Below are positions 41,067-55,776 of a stretch of 64,000 bases of DNA, piece by piece. Source of the DNA: Octopus sinensis (Eukaryota); assembly GCF_006345805.1 (NCBI RefSeq), contig NC_043008.1:2170001-2234000 (forward strand), given 5' to 3'. The notes beneath the pieces were generated by a model. It saw nothing but the letters and a program-made list of their open reading frames with translations. It searched no databases and was not told the DNA's origin. Position 1 is the stretch's first letter; each line of letters begins with the position of its first letter. The translations under genes and the position numbers were made by a program.

Positions 41067-42171
41067 TTTGATGATAGAAATATTGAGGAAGCAAAGTAGT
41101 AAAGAATTTTCATAATCACATAATTGTTGGAACTCTAGGCGCATCCTTGTGAACAAGTAAGTAATGTACACCTCATTTTTCTGTCATTTATTACATCTCC
41201 AAATTTAATGATCGCAAAATATGCTAAAGCAAGCATCTAGTTTATTTGCGAGCAAGTTCCTTCAGAAGATACATCTCTCATTTAAAGATTTGCTCACTTA
41301 ATTCATTCAGTTTTCTTATACGGAAATGTATATCTTGTTTGTGTAAAACAAAACGAGGCATAATTTATATTCACAAATCATATTTACATATAGACAATAG
41401 CGAATACATGCAGAAAAATATCAAGAACATTATATAATGCTATCCAATATGGAGGAAGCTGCTACTTCACCAGAGTGATATGACTGTTTCTTTTATCGTA
41501 AATTTTCTACAGTATTCTAATATCATACGAAGATCCAATTGCGTCTCAGCAAATTACTTGTCAGATTCCAATTATCTCAGTATTGCCCAATGAAATTGTT
41601 TTCACTCTATTTTCACGCTGCCAGTTTTGTAGTATTAGATATAATACAATACCGTGCCGAGGACAGAAATAAGTTCCGCTGGCATTATAATAATGCTCAA
41701 GCGTTTCTCTGAAACATTTAGCAAACATCTAAGAACAGACAGGCTAAAAGTTAGAGCATGCAAATGGATTCTTCTCCTTTTAGTTATCCATTGAATATCA
41801 CAAGAGCCAGGGACGTTCCTGCCGCTGTATGGTTAATTTGCATCTACGTAGGCGGCTTGGTGAGACATAGTCCAATAAATATATTTACAGCTCAGCAAGT
41901 GATTTCAGAAAGTTCAAATATTAGATCACAGAACGTACTTGTTGAAGGAAAACTTTGCAGAAGACTCACCTGCGTCTACACCATGTTACACGGCATGACT
42001 AAGGGACTGTACAACTTTCAAGAACTAGTACGCACACACACATACATAAACAAACACTCACACACAAATACAGACACACAAACACACAAACGTATATATG
42101 ACTATTTTTCTTTTCCACTGGGCCGCTGGTAGTGATAAATTTCTATCGAATTTTTTACTACCCTAAATTGA

Positions 42172-42218
<47 letters not shown>

Positions 42219-43903
42219 CCAGCTTCTATATAGTTATAAAAGAATACCAGAAATGGGACAAGAATAAACATGGACGGGTCATTCGAAGTTTTCTTTCTTT
42301 CATTCGAGGGTCGAGTTCCAGATTACTTTTGGAATTTCGGCCGGTTATACTTGAAATTGCTCCAATCGGGACAGCCCAAAGAAAAATTAATCTAAGAGCA
42401 TTAGATTCCTTTGAAGACAGCTGCGAATATACACGAACACAAGGACAAAAAAATACCGGAGAAATGTTACACAAATACAAATGAAAATTACAGGACATAA
42501 CAACAGGTGTCTTTCGACTAAGGACGAATTAAATTGTGCTGGCATGTATGAAAGTGAAGCTTTACGGCAGAGATATAAGAGATGACAGGCAGGGAGATGA
42601 ATATAGATGTTCAACAGATGGTTGTCGAACCAGGAAAGAAAGGTCAGGCTTGACCGAGCATCCGTCACAGGTAGAGGCAGATGGACGGAAGAATTAGGGA
42701 GGGATGAGAAAAAAGGGAGAGAGTGAAGTGAAAGAATAGGGAAGGTGATAATGAAGAGAAACAGGAACCTATCATGCCAGTTTCAGGAGATCGATCTGTT
42801 ACGAGCACACGGCACTTGAAGTTGCATAGGGCCGGATGAAACCACTCGGTATAAGAAAGACTCAAAAATATGTGCAGCACTTCTTCGTTTCGTTTCTTGA
42901 ATCATATATATACAAATGGACATCACACATATGCATATATGGATATAGATAGAAAAATATATAAATATATACATAAATATATTTCGATGTCACGTGCGTA
43001 ATTTTGATATCATGCATGTTTCGAAACCTATAATATCTGTTTCAGCATAATAAGATACTGAATGCCCATGATGCCTCCGCTTCGTTGATAATTTAGCTTT
43101 GGATATCGACTTTTCTCTAAGTCTATAAACCAGGTTCAAACTCAATATGGATTTCCGGTTGCAGGTGAGAGTGAGAACTGCTGTTCGTTTCAGCAATTAT
43201 AGAAGTGCCAGTTTTGCAAAACCAAATATTATTTATTATTCGGTGTTCAAATTTATCCGCACCAAAGAACGTCAGCGTCTATTCTTCTGCAAAATCAATT
43301 CGTTCCCACTGTGTTGTTTTTAACTGACTTTAAAGTAACGTCCAAGTCGTCAGTGCAAACAGAAGAAAAAAAGAAAATGTAAATGAGTGCAGGAAGATCG
43401 TTACAATTTGATTTACTCGTAGAAATTCATTATCTGGTTAAGCAAACAGTAAATGTTAATTAATGATGTATGTGCCATCAGATAAATGAAGAGTCTTTAG
43501 AGAAAGTATATTCCTGTGCGTGTATATGTAAATGTATTTGTGCAGCCGTGTGTCTGTGTGTGTGTGTGTATTTGTGTGTGTGTGAGTGAGTGTATAAAGG
43601 AAGTACGTGAATGATGGTAAGATAATAAATATTTGCGTAAACTGTGTGTGCATTCTGAATTATATGTGTAATTAATGTGTATTAAGTACGTGTATGCTGT
43701 TCGTTAACAGTAAATCTCCTACGTGTGTATGAAAGTAACAGAGATAAGAGACATTTTGTTAGCTTAAATATATATACGCTCACATATATACAAAAATACA
43801 TGTGTATATATTTTGTGCATAATCATATGTATACATATATAAATGTACGCATATATGTAAATATATATATATAGAGAGAGTTATTGGTATAAATGTATAT
43901 ATG

Positions 43904-43974
<71 letters not shown>

Positions 43975-43975
43975 C

Positions 43976-44018
<43 letters not shown>

Positions 44019-44117
44019 TGTGTGTGTATGTATGTACATATATATATATATATATAGCCAGCTATTCATCTCATAGTCAATACATGCGCAAGCCACACTA
44101 ATACCTATGTGTGTAAA

Positions 44118-44152
<35 letters not shown>

Positions 44153-44821
44153 CTGTGTGTATGTGTGTGCGGGCGGACGTACTTATACAACAAAGTAAAT
44201 ATACTTTCGTGCGGAAACTGGTGAGTTGGTGGGCTCTAGCGATATGACAGACATACATTCCTATTCATTTCATAGTCAAGCAAATATCTACCAAATGATA
44301 GACAGACAGGAATGTAAACAATGGCAAAGCCTTTTACTCAAAGACACCATCCATCTATAGCTTAAACTTCTCCAGTCAAAGGTTACGTAGTGTGTTCAAT
44401 AGATTCTATTTTTCATCTAAAACTCTCCTCATTCTTTACTTCGTTTGATTGATCAGGCTGGTCACTTTGCCAATCAGATGAAGTTGTCAACGTGCCTAAA
44501 ACCATGGCAAGGATGGGATTCGATGAGTGAAGAGAGGGCCACAAATAGAGTTTAATAGCGAAGATGGAAGAATGTTATAAAAAATGTAAAAGAAAAGGGA
44601 AATGTTGGGGATAGGGGAACACCTACACACACACACACATGGACACACACATACACACATAAACACACACACACACAAACATACATACTCATACACTTGT
44701 ATATATCATTATATATATGTAACTCTATATATATGTAATGTTTTATGTATATATATATATGTATGTGTATATATTTATATATATATATATATAATATATA
44801 TATATATATATTGCATCTGCA

Positions 44822-44861
<40 letters not shown>

Positions 44862-44893
44862 CACACACATATATATACATATATATATATATG

Positions 44894-44940
<47 letters not shown>

Positions 44941-44970
44941 ATATATACACACACATATATATACATATAT

Positions 44971-45197
44971 ATTTCTTTATTACCCACAAGGGGCTAAACA
45001 TAGAGGGGACAAACAAGGACAGACAAAGGGATTAAGTCGATTACATCGACCCCAGTGCGAAAGTGCTCCTTTTTTATCGACCCCGAAAGAATTAAAGGCA
45101 AAGTTGACATCGGCGGAATTTGAACTCAGAACGTAATGACATACGAAATACCGCGAAGCATTTCGCCCGGCATGCTAACGTGTCTGCCAGCTCAGCC
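44971..45197 (-). mobile_element. tRNA-derived SINE, family D head and core with a different 3' tail
   Basis: 45030-45197 matches family D (gtcgatta.atcgacc, ggcaaagttgac, ggaatttgaactcagaacg, gcatttcgcccggc); 44971-45030 does not match the tails of the other two copies. Confidence 0.88.
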
Positions 45198-45589
45198 CAT
45201 TAAGGTGCATCAACTTTATATGAATAAGCAGCGTACATGTGTAACGGTGCATGGGCAAATGCGTAGATATGTATTTATATATACACATGTATGTATATTA
45301 TATATATATATATATATGTGTGTGTATGTGTGAGCGTGTGTGCGTGTGCGTGTGTATGTCTGTGTTTTTGTAAATATCTGTATATATTTGTATACAGACA
45401 AGTATCATGCTGGTGCACGCATGCCTCTGTACTTATAAATCTGCTTCTGTAAGATTTTGTGCAAGAGGCAATATACATCTATACGTCAATGTATGTTATA
45501 TCACGTAGTTGTACAAATGTATATAACCACGCACATGCGCACTCATATATACATACGGCATGATAGAAGGTTAGGCACTACACACGTTT

Positions 45590-45750
45590 TTTTCTCTCTT
45601 TGTTTTTTCTGCGTTCCTTTCTTTTGAAGAGCGTAGGCTCGAAACGTAAAAGATTTTTTTCTATTCCTGAGCGTTATACTAATACACCTGTTTGTTTTGT
45701 ACACCATCTGTCTTCGTCTTTTGTTTTGTTTTTTCGTAAACTCTCCCTAT
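45590..45750 (+). mobile_element. Short (TA)n-flanked repeat carrying a minimal hammerhead-like motif; possibly Penelope-like
   Basis: Contains tcttttgaagagcgtaggctcgaaacgtaaaaga and ends at (TA)n. The Penelope link is inference from the hammerhead-like core. Confidence 0.45.
45620..45653 (+). ncRNA. Degenerate minimal hammerhead-like motif (C3 missing)
   Basis: Stem I TCTTT/AAAGA, core -TGAAGA, G..C-closed short domain II, GAAA, palindromic ACGT, GUA triplet. Confidence 0.4.
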
Positions 45751-45790
45751 ATATATATATATATGTGTCTGTGTGTGTGTGTGTTTAGAT

Positions 45791-45901
<111 letters not shown>

Positions 45902-46415
45902 CAGATAGAGAGATAGAGAGACAGGTAGATAGCTTGATAGATAGATGTACATCTACATGTATATGTCTCTATCATTAAATAAATATATTTGTATATTCCT
46001 TTTCTCTATGCCTAACCATATGTTCCTGTGTGTTGTCGAATGGCTTAATGTTTACTCTGATGCTCTCATTATCGTATAATTTGTGTTTCGTCTCCTGTAC
46101 GGATTGATACATTGTGTTCCTTAAGAATCACGCATTTTCTTGTTGCTCCCATCCACTCGGCTCTCAAAAATGAACCTACGGTGGGGATACATACGCTACA
46201 GAATCCTGGAAATCCGTCTCATAGTTTTTTGGCTCATAGTTTTACTTTCAACTTTTATTTTTAAATTTCTACATGTATTTAGGGGAGAAGAGAGTAAGTG
46301 AAGGAGATTTGTATAGAAATATGACACAGCACGCAAAATAGAGATTCGGAGAGAGAGAGTGAGAGAGAGACGAATAAAGAGTCGAATGCTCGGAAGTGTG
46401 TGATAGAGAGACGCG

Positions 46416-46451
<36 letters not shown>

Positions 46452-47224
46452 TATATGCGGAGTTATTTGTTGTAGAGTTTATAGGAAAGACACCTTTAAC
46501 CATTTGAAAGGGAATGAGGAAGAGATAAAATATCGAAAAAGGAGAGATGGAAATATAAAGGATAAACTATGAAAAGCATATATAAAGGAAGAAAAGGAGA
46601 TTCCGACTGAACCAAAAAGAGGACAATGGGGAAAAAAGTGATGAGTGTAAGCATGGTGAGAGAGAGAAATTGAGAGAGATAGAGATTGCTGTGTGATAGC
46701 AAGAGATAGAGATTACTGTGTGAAAGTAAGAGATAAAGAAAGAGAGCTTGTGAGCACGTTCATGTAATGTGTGTGTGTTTATGGATATATTTATGTGTAT
46801 GGGAGGTAGAGAAGTGGAAGAGAGAGAGAGAGTAAAACGAAGAGAAAGAGAAGGAGAGAGGGAGAGAGGAGGAGAATTAGAAAGGGAGGGAGCAACAGCT
46901 AATGTGAGAGAATAGGCACCAATGAATGAATATTAGCATCGAAAATAAAGATGGGTGAGAGTGATCGAAAGGTAGAATTAGAAATAAAAAGTGAGAATGG
47001 AAGCCATAGAGAGGGGAGGGAGGATGAGGGATGGAGAGAGGAGAAGAGCTAAATAGGCGGAAAGTAAAAGACGTACGGCGAAAGGAGATTTCTGAGTGCT
47101 GTTGATTTCTACTCTATCAGCAATATACACTGCAGACGCATCGCAGTCATCCGTCATTTCACTGTAACATAGAAAGAATGAGAGGTAGGAGCAAGGAATG
47201 GTTCGACTTAACACACACATACAC

Positions 47225-47660
47225 ACACATACACACACATACATATGTAGGAATATATGTATGTATGTATGCATGTTTGTATGTATGTATATATGTATGT
47301 ATGTATGTTTGTATGTATGTATGTTTGTATGTATGTAAGTATGTATGTATGTATATTTGTATGTATGTATGTATGTACGTATGCATGCATGTTTGTATGT
47401 ATAGTATGTATGTATATATGTATGTATGCATGTATGTGTATATGTATGTATGTATGAATGTATGTAAGCATATATGTATGTATGCATATATGTATGTATG
47501 TACGTATGCATTTGTGTATATATATATGTATGTTTGTATGTATATATGTATGTATGCATGTTTGTATGTGTATATGCATGCATGTATGTATGTATGTATG
47601 TATGTATGTATGTATGTTGTATGCGTATATGTATGTATGTATGTTTGTATGTACGTATTA
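47225..47660. repeat. Long imperfect (TATG)n array; second array at 50705-50768
   Basis: Directly visible; source of the MYVC/HTYI ORFs at 46978-47835. Confidence 0.97.
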
Positions 47661-48163
47661 CAAACGTTTCTATATTGTATATACATATGTATATGCGTGC
47701 TTCAGTGTATGGCTTAGTGTCGGGGTGCGTGTAGGCCTTATTTTTCATTCAACTATCGTTAAAAAAATGCTTGAAACATCGAATATATGCAGTGGAAGGA
47801 ATAGAGAAAAAGAGAGAGAAGCAAAGATTTCCTGATATACAAGACGAGCAGTTTGATTAATAATTGATTTAGAATACTTTCTTATATGAAGTTAAGTTCC
47901 CACGGGGCTTGCAGTGATAGGAAAATATCTAGAAGACAGGAAAAACACCCCTTCCATACCATACTAAGTGTACCGTAGGATATTTGATGCACACACAGCT
48001 TTAATTTTCATAGAGCTCCGTTTCTCAAATTAAAGTACAAAATATTATGGAAAACAATATTAAAAATGTACTGCTAAATGTATATAGATTCCAAAAGAAC
48101 TATCAAGTAAAAATATATAGACTCATGTATAGAAACACATGTGTATAATATATATATCAACAC

Positions 48164-48213
<50 letters not shown>

Positions 48214-48304
48214 TATATATATAATAAACCAGCTTAGAGAAGAAGAAGAAGCGAAACGAAACGAATCGAATCGACGCGAAGGCGCTCAGTCATACAATAT
48301 TGTA

Positions 48305-48455
48305 ATAAATAAAATATATGCATACATACAAACATATATGTACGTACCTACATCTACATATATATATACATGCATATATAAATATATATACGTGTGTACA
48401 GGACACCACAAATAGACGTAGAACTCAACGAGAAACGAAAAAGTAAAAACAGCAA
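48305..48455 (+). repeat. Dispersed repeat; second copy at 60651-60800
   Basis: Both copies share taataaataaaa.atatgcata...catatatgtacgtacctac.tctacat.tatatatacatgcatatat...tacagg.cacca...gagaaacgaaaa...caaggaac. Confidence 0.8.
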
Positions 48456-50697
48456 GGAACGGACCATATATATTGAGGACGAGATTAACACCACGGGGAC
48501 CTCGTGGCACTTCTAGGTCGGTGGACCCCTTATACACAAGAAATATAATCTTAGAATATTACCAAATTTAAATCTCAAAACCCATCTATTTCATATAATT
48601 AAATTGGATGAGATTGCGGAGTAAGTTTAAATGAATGACTGAACATGTCGCTTTATAGATATACTTTTTATATAGTTCAAGTTTCGTTTTTCACACATCC
48701 ACTTTTCCTTGATTGTGAAAAGTATAATGAAGGGGAGAGGAGTGGGACAAGCGTTTCTGTTTCTTTTCATTCAAGTTACATGTGTTTCAGAATGTAAAAT
48801 ATGATAAAACTACGGAATATTGCGAAAACGAAAAACATCATTTCTGTGGTTGTTGCTACACCAAAGGCATGATGAGTGTGTGTGTGTGTGTGTGTGAGTG
48901 TGTGTGTGTGCGAGAGAGGTGGGTAGAGAGAAAAATGAGAAATTCAAACAGCTTTTTCCGAAAGTCAGCTTATCCAGTTGACAGTTGTTGTAGGTGGGTC
49001 ACAATGAGTAATATTTGCTGCAATTTTAACATTCAAGTAAATATATTTTTTTCAAACGCAGAAAAACCTATACATATTTACAACACTTTCAGAACACTTT
49101 TAGAGCACTGTTCTTTTTGAGCATATAAAAACCAGATTTAGGTGGGGCAATATGGATAAGACATGACAAGCTAAACATGCCCCTCTATTTCTCCAGAATT
49201 AAATTTGGAAAAGAGAATCATACACATAAACATCCATCCTTAGACATTAGAAATGCAACAAAATTTAAAACGTCTGGATTAAATGAAAGAGGATTATGGA
49301 AAAATTGCACTAAATATGAAATTAAGGAAACACAACTAAATCGAAAAACTCAACATAAAATATTCTTTATAGTTTCTTCCCTATAGATTTTTCGCTAAAA
49401 ATTATCCAGATATTTTGTTAACTACATCAATTAAAATGGGGCCAAATTTAATGAAATTTTTTAATTGAAAATAGTAACTGCCCTTACGTTTCAAACTCTG
49501 AACTCCAACAACTATTCAAATTATACTGTTCTATGTTTACTCCCAACTACGTAAGTTATACAGACCAAATTTATTTTACTTTCAACTACGGAACTCATAC
49601 TGACCATTTTTTACTCCCAATGATGTTGCAATGGTACAAAATGACAGAAAGTAATAACATTCAGTTTGACACGGATACCAAATTTGCCCCACTTCCATAT
49701 CGTAATTCCAATTATTTAACAGGATGGCGAAAGTAAAAGAAGTAAATAATTTCGATTTAATGAAACATTTGAATATATATATGCAATAATTCCAAAGCTG
49801 AGAAACAATACTTTTACGTGCTCAGAGATAATTATAAGGAAAACTAACTTCAAAAGGTTTCTTTACAAAGTTGCTTCATAAAATAAGATCACCAGTTTTT
49901 AAACGCTCGCTGAAATAAATTTAGAAGTAGAAATGTGTATGTGCGTGTGTGTGTGTGCGTGTGTGTATGTGCGCGTGTGTGTGTTGAAGTGTGTGTGTTC
50001 CTTTAGCTGCTATTGGTCAAGCCAAGGTCAAGCTCAGTCATGCGTTGAAAACGAAAGAATTTGGCCTAGTTTCGCCTAGAGACCATAGCATTTTACTTCC
50101 TTTTCTCCGTCGTCCCAAAAGCTGCTATAATTCCCGTGGAAACTGTAAGTGCTTTGGGACTGGGTTGTATTATTTGGTGATTCTAAAGTGGCAAAAATCT
50201 ATGGGTATTTATCATAAAAGAGAATCCATTACACTTTTTAAGAATTGAAGACACCATTGCGGGGAAGTGAGAGGCGTTACGGTACTGAGTGCTACATATT
50301 TTTCCTAGTAGGGTCCCCCAACATCTACATGCTCGGGGCAATTGCCTCCTCTGCACTTTACACGTATGTCCGGCCTGTATACATTCACAAATAAACATAT
50401 ATAACTACACATATTGCATGTGTGTGTGTGTGTGTGTGTGCGAGAGACAAAAGATGCAATTTTCTTTCAGTTTTTACCACATTTTGTCTTTTTCGAAATT
50501 ATTTTCTAAACTCCCGAATAGTAAATTACTGCTAAATAACGAAAGACTAATCCTTTTCATTGGACTTCACCGCATTTCATTTGATCAGCAATCATAATAC
50601 GAGGACTACTTAAAAACTGTTCGTGTAAATGTAAATGCTAACATTATGGATATCGTTCACGCACTGTCAGGGTCCCGGTAAATGATATGGATATATA

Positions 50698-50733
<36 letters not shown>

Positions 50734-50814
50734 TGTATGTATGTATGTATGTATCTATGTATGTATGTATAGGCGTACACGCATACACACAGATATATCC
50801 ATATCCATATCATT

Positions 50815-50847
<33 letters not shown>

Positions 50848-52222
50848 TATATATAATATATATATATATATACACTCACACACATAACGTATTCATATAT
50901 GAATAATTAATACATGACCCAAGCAAACGCATGGGATCTGAAAATCCAGTCAATATATAAACATATATGGACATTCCGCCTTATTTGAGGGTAAAACAAA
51001 TAATACTATTCCCATAAAAAAAAAACTTCTATATTCTGTCATTTGGCAAAGCAAAAATCTAGAGCGTGACATAACGTCGAGAATTAAACATTATTTCTCT
51101 TTTGTGCAAATATTCCAGCAAACAACTCCGGAATTTGGCATCAAAAATCAGACAGGATTACGCAGAATATTAATGAATAAAATAAACAGCCACAAGTAAA
51201 CATACCCACAACTGTTTCGTAGAAGCATTGATGTTTCTACTCATTTTGTCAATTCCCATCACCATCTTCGTGCAGGGTTTCCAAGAAAAAAACAAAAGCT
51301 ACAAAATAATGTATAAATAACACAACAATTTAATGAAACATTCATGCGTGCGCAAATAACACACATGCAAAACGATGTCTTCACATGTCATGTATTGAAT
51401 ATTCATGAAATACTACATGCAGGCAGTATATGCTTAGTTGTACATAGATGGGTTGTGTATTTATGCTCTAATGTTATGTATTGCACACACAAATATAAGG
51501 CAAAATATGTAGTATGTCTGTATATGTGTATATCCTAGACTGTTTTCAATTTAGATTGTATGGAAGTGTATAGTATATATGTATATGGATACGAAGTAAA
51601 TGATGCTTTTGCATGATTTTGTATATGTGAATGTGTATAGTGGAGATAGTTCCGCTTGTTTGAGAGTATATCTTTTATATTTCAATGAAGAACGAAATAT
51701 GAACCATGTATATACATTCATATACATAATATACGTGCGAACAGGTATACACACACTCACTAACACACATAATTAATTATCATAGATTTCGGGGTTCAAC
51801 CAATGAGTTGTTACGTCTTGGATTCGTATAACCCTCATTAAAATCGGAGTCGACTTTATCTCTAGTAGTTGCAGGGTGTCTAACGACGCTTTGGGGAGGT
51901 GGCCGTGTTAGCGCTTCTCAAACTATTGTTATGTGTAAACTGTATATTTATACATATTTGCTGCTCGCTCTGTGACGTAGCTCAAATAAAAGTAGGTGAT
52001 CGACAGACTAGAATAGTATGACAATCAAAGCCACAACTTGATGTCTCTAAACTTCGGAATGGTTTCCTATTATGAAATTTTAATAAATATGTTTGGACAT
52101 GAAAAATAAAGTAAAGAAATATCTCCATAAGTTAATTCATCGAATTCATATAAGCAACATTATTTGGTTTAGTATAACGTTTTAATACAGAAATATAAAT
52201 GCATCTGTACATATATATATAT

Positions 52223-52254
<32 letters not shown>

Positions 52255-52355
52255 ATATATTATATACGAAGCATTTATGTATTTGTGTGTGTATGTGGTT
52301 CTATATGTACAAATGTATGTATTTCTATGCACACTCATCCCACCCCATATATATA

Positions 52356-52459
<104 letters not shown>

Positions 52460-53807
52460 GTGTGTGTGTGTGTGTGTGTAATGTGAAAACATGTGAATAT
52501 GTATTTGCAGCACATGGTAGCGAGCGTGTTTCATTATCTTATAATATTTGACTGTAAACCTAGAAACAGAATTATATACATTTCAATACATACATATAAT
52601 ATTAGCACGAAAGAATGAAAAAAGAAAAAAAGATACTTCTGGTAAGGATGATTATTATTTTCACGTCTATGTTACATGCAATATCTATATCTAATGTCAC
52701 ATATTTCTCTCGCATTCTAATTGTAAAGACGTGAAATTTGTCTAGGAAACAAGCATTTGTTAGAATAAGATTAACAAAAAAATAATGTCAATCATTTGCT
52801 TTATCTATTTACCATTCACGAGCTGGAAGTTTTAATATTTGCTGCCTTTTATGTGTTTTTTCCTATTTTGGCATTTAGTTATCTGTCTAAAATTAACATT
52901 TATTACCATCTTAGAGAAACGAATGTTGTGGAAATGTGTTGAATATTGATGTCATCATAAATATGAAGAACTGGACATTAATAAATTTATTTTGAGATGG
53001 GTTTAATTTTGCACATTTAAATGTAATAAATCTTTACAATATAGTTGGAATATATTTCAGATTTATGTCATCATAAAACCAACAATGATAGAGCTTTTGT
53101 TGGCAGCAATAATGTCTAAAATTTTATTCGTCAGATAAATTATGTAAATAAATTTTTCAGACAATGGGAAAACCAATGTTTTCTTTCACGAAAGTACCCG
53201 GACAGTCTATAAAGTTTGTCTCCTGGGACAGAACTCGTTTGATTCGTTGCAAATAAAGTGAATGTATCACGTGATACAGAAATGTAAATGAAGTGAATGT
53301 TTGGAAGTAATGGTCAAAGAAACGTAAGAAAACTTTGTTTATGAGCAAAATAATGTGACTACAATCATAGTGAATGAAATCATTAAAGAGACCGAGATTG
53401 AAATCAACATATGCTGAAAAACTTTCGCAAATGCACAAGCAGCATCCATTAGACCTCAGGCTTTAGCGATTAAAGAAAAAATTTATGCATTTAACATATG
53501 CATTACTACAATTTACATCCATTTATTCTTTGCGGATACTTATAAGAACACTTATAAGATTTTTGTCATATCAGTTTCGTTAGGGAAAGGCTTTTGTCAT
53601 AGAGAGGCACATGAAACGGACATTTGTATATGACCCTTTTGTATATGACAACCGTAACATATACCTACATGGCAGGCATTGATCTACAAAGCGCACAGAT
53701 GCTGAACAAATGCTTCATACAATATAAAAGACACATAGAAATACAAAATCTTACATTGTAGTTTATTTAATTTCGAAATATATGTATTAAGAAATACTGA
53801 TCTTATA

Positions 53808-53857
<50 letters not shown>

Positions 53858-53898
53858 TATATATATAATATATATATATAATATAATATATATATATA

Positions 53899-53943
<45 letters not shown>

Positions 53944-53960
53944 GTGTATATATATATATA

Positions 53961-54010
<50 letters not shown>

Positions 54011-54470
54011 ATAAATCTCTTGAGAGAAATTCAGTATGTACCAGCGCCTGTACACATGTGATAACCACCCTTCTCCATATTGAAGTTAATCGCAACTAAA
54101 TTCTTGGAGTTTTAAAATTATGATGAAAGAATGGAATATAAAGATCATTTATATCCGCACGAGATTCAACACTAAGCGACTATGCTAATGAGTTTTAGGT
54201 AGATATATTACTCAGCAGAAACAAATAAATATGTCATTAAGAGTAGAGTCAGAGTATCTTTATATTCCGCGTGTTTGTGGTGTGCGCTAGTGTTTTTCTG
54301 CAATTAGGATGTAAGTGCAGTCAACGTTGTAGCGGGATATTGTTTATACGTATAAGGTGTATGATATGAATCAAATAACATTTTTTTGTATCCGAGTGAG
54401 AAAAAAGGGTCAATAGGAGTTTCGTTACAAATACCATTGGTTTCAGAGAATGCACACACGCACACACACG

Positions 54471-54513
<43 letters not shown>

Positions 54514-55178
54514 GTATATATATGACTTGATTCGGGACTCTGGAAATGTATGTGTATATAATTGTGAATGAAGATGCCCGTATTTATAAATGTGACTTTA
54601 TGAGTGAATGTGAGTTGGGTGAGTTCGGGTGTGTACGTATGTATAAGATATACAAAAGGAAAACATGCAAACACAGAGAGATGTATTACAGTAGGCATCA
54701 GGTAGCACAAATTCTGAAACGCTCTAAGAACTATACTTGTATTCATTGAGATGCCTTGCCTCTCGTAAAACCAAGTATTTGCGAGCGCATGCATGTTAAT
54801 ATTAAGTTATTACACCTGGAAAAGTACAGAACAATATTTCCACGGTACAATTTACCTGAATCGTCACCTCTAAAGGAAACTAAAAGGTACTTAGAATTTT
54901 AATTCTACTGCCCTTAAAAAACTTCAGCCGAGAATAAATTATTTAAAATTTATTGCATTTTATTTATTGTTTTTTTTCAAAATAAGCCCATCCGATTGTA
55001 AACTTTTAGACTTATTTTCAGAAATTCCTTTCATGTAGAACACCAGTAATTTATATTATTTTCAGAAAAAAATCATTAAGCCAAATTATTTATGTCTGTT
55101 TTTAAGCCCATGTGCTTATTTTTTGAAAACAGAAGTATTTTAAAAATAAAATAAAATAAAGTAAATTTTTAAAACAAA

Positions 55179-55776
55179 CAGTAGAATTCGCCCAATTTGT
55201 CATCTCTAGGAGAAAATTGAAAATTACGAATTACGTGATGTAACGAATAATCCAGAGAAACTTTCTGCTAATTCTGCTGTATGAATATTCTCTAATAAAT
55301 TTTACTTATGAATTATTTGTCACATTAGTTTCTTTATTTTTAATGTGGAAGAATCGAGTGATTGTATAATTGGTTTGAAAACATTCATTGACCATTCTAC
55401 TGCAATCAATGTTTTTGTTTATTTTTTGTTATGGGATTTCAATTCAAGTGAAAACATCTTGTGCAATATTGTTTATACAACAACAAATTTTATTGTTTGT
55501 ACCTGATAAAACTAAGTAAAATGACAATTTGAATTGTATTTTTCAAAAAACATGATTTTAAAAAAATTTTGCTTAAATTTGTAAAATGTTTTTAAAGACT
55601 TACTTGATTTATAGATTATCTTAATGATAAAAAAAATTATCTCAAATTTACCTAATATAAAGTATGTTGATTTTAAAAAAGTTATTCTCGGCTGCAATAT
55701 TTTAAGTGCAGTAGAATGTTTATTTAAATTACATTTTAGTTTCCTTTAGAGCTGACGAATTGGGCAAATTCTACTG
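55179..55776. mobile_element. MITE with ~30-bp TIRs (CAGT...ACTG|TA), Tc1/pogo-type ends
   Basis: cagtagaattcgcccaatttgtcatctcta versus the reverse complement of 55747-55776 gives 27/30 identity; TA follows the right end. A second left-arm fragment lies at about 54860-54945. Confidence 0.7.

Noticed and set aside
48485-48535. HDV-like ribozyme in a GC-rich structured patch
   Set aside because: Hairpins exist, but no P1/P1' pairing compatible with the nested double pseudoknot on either strand.
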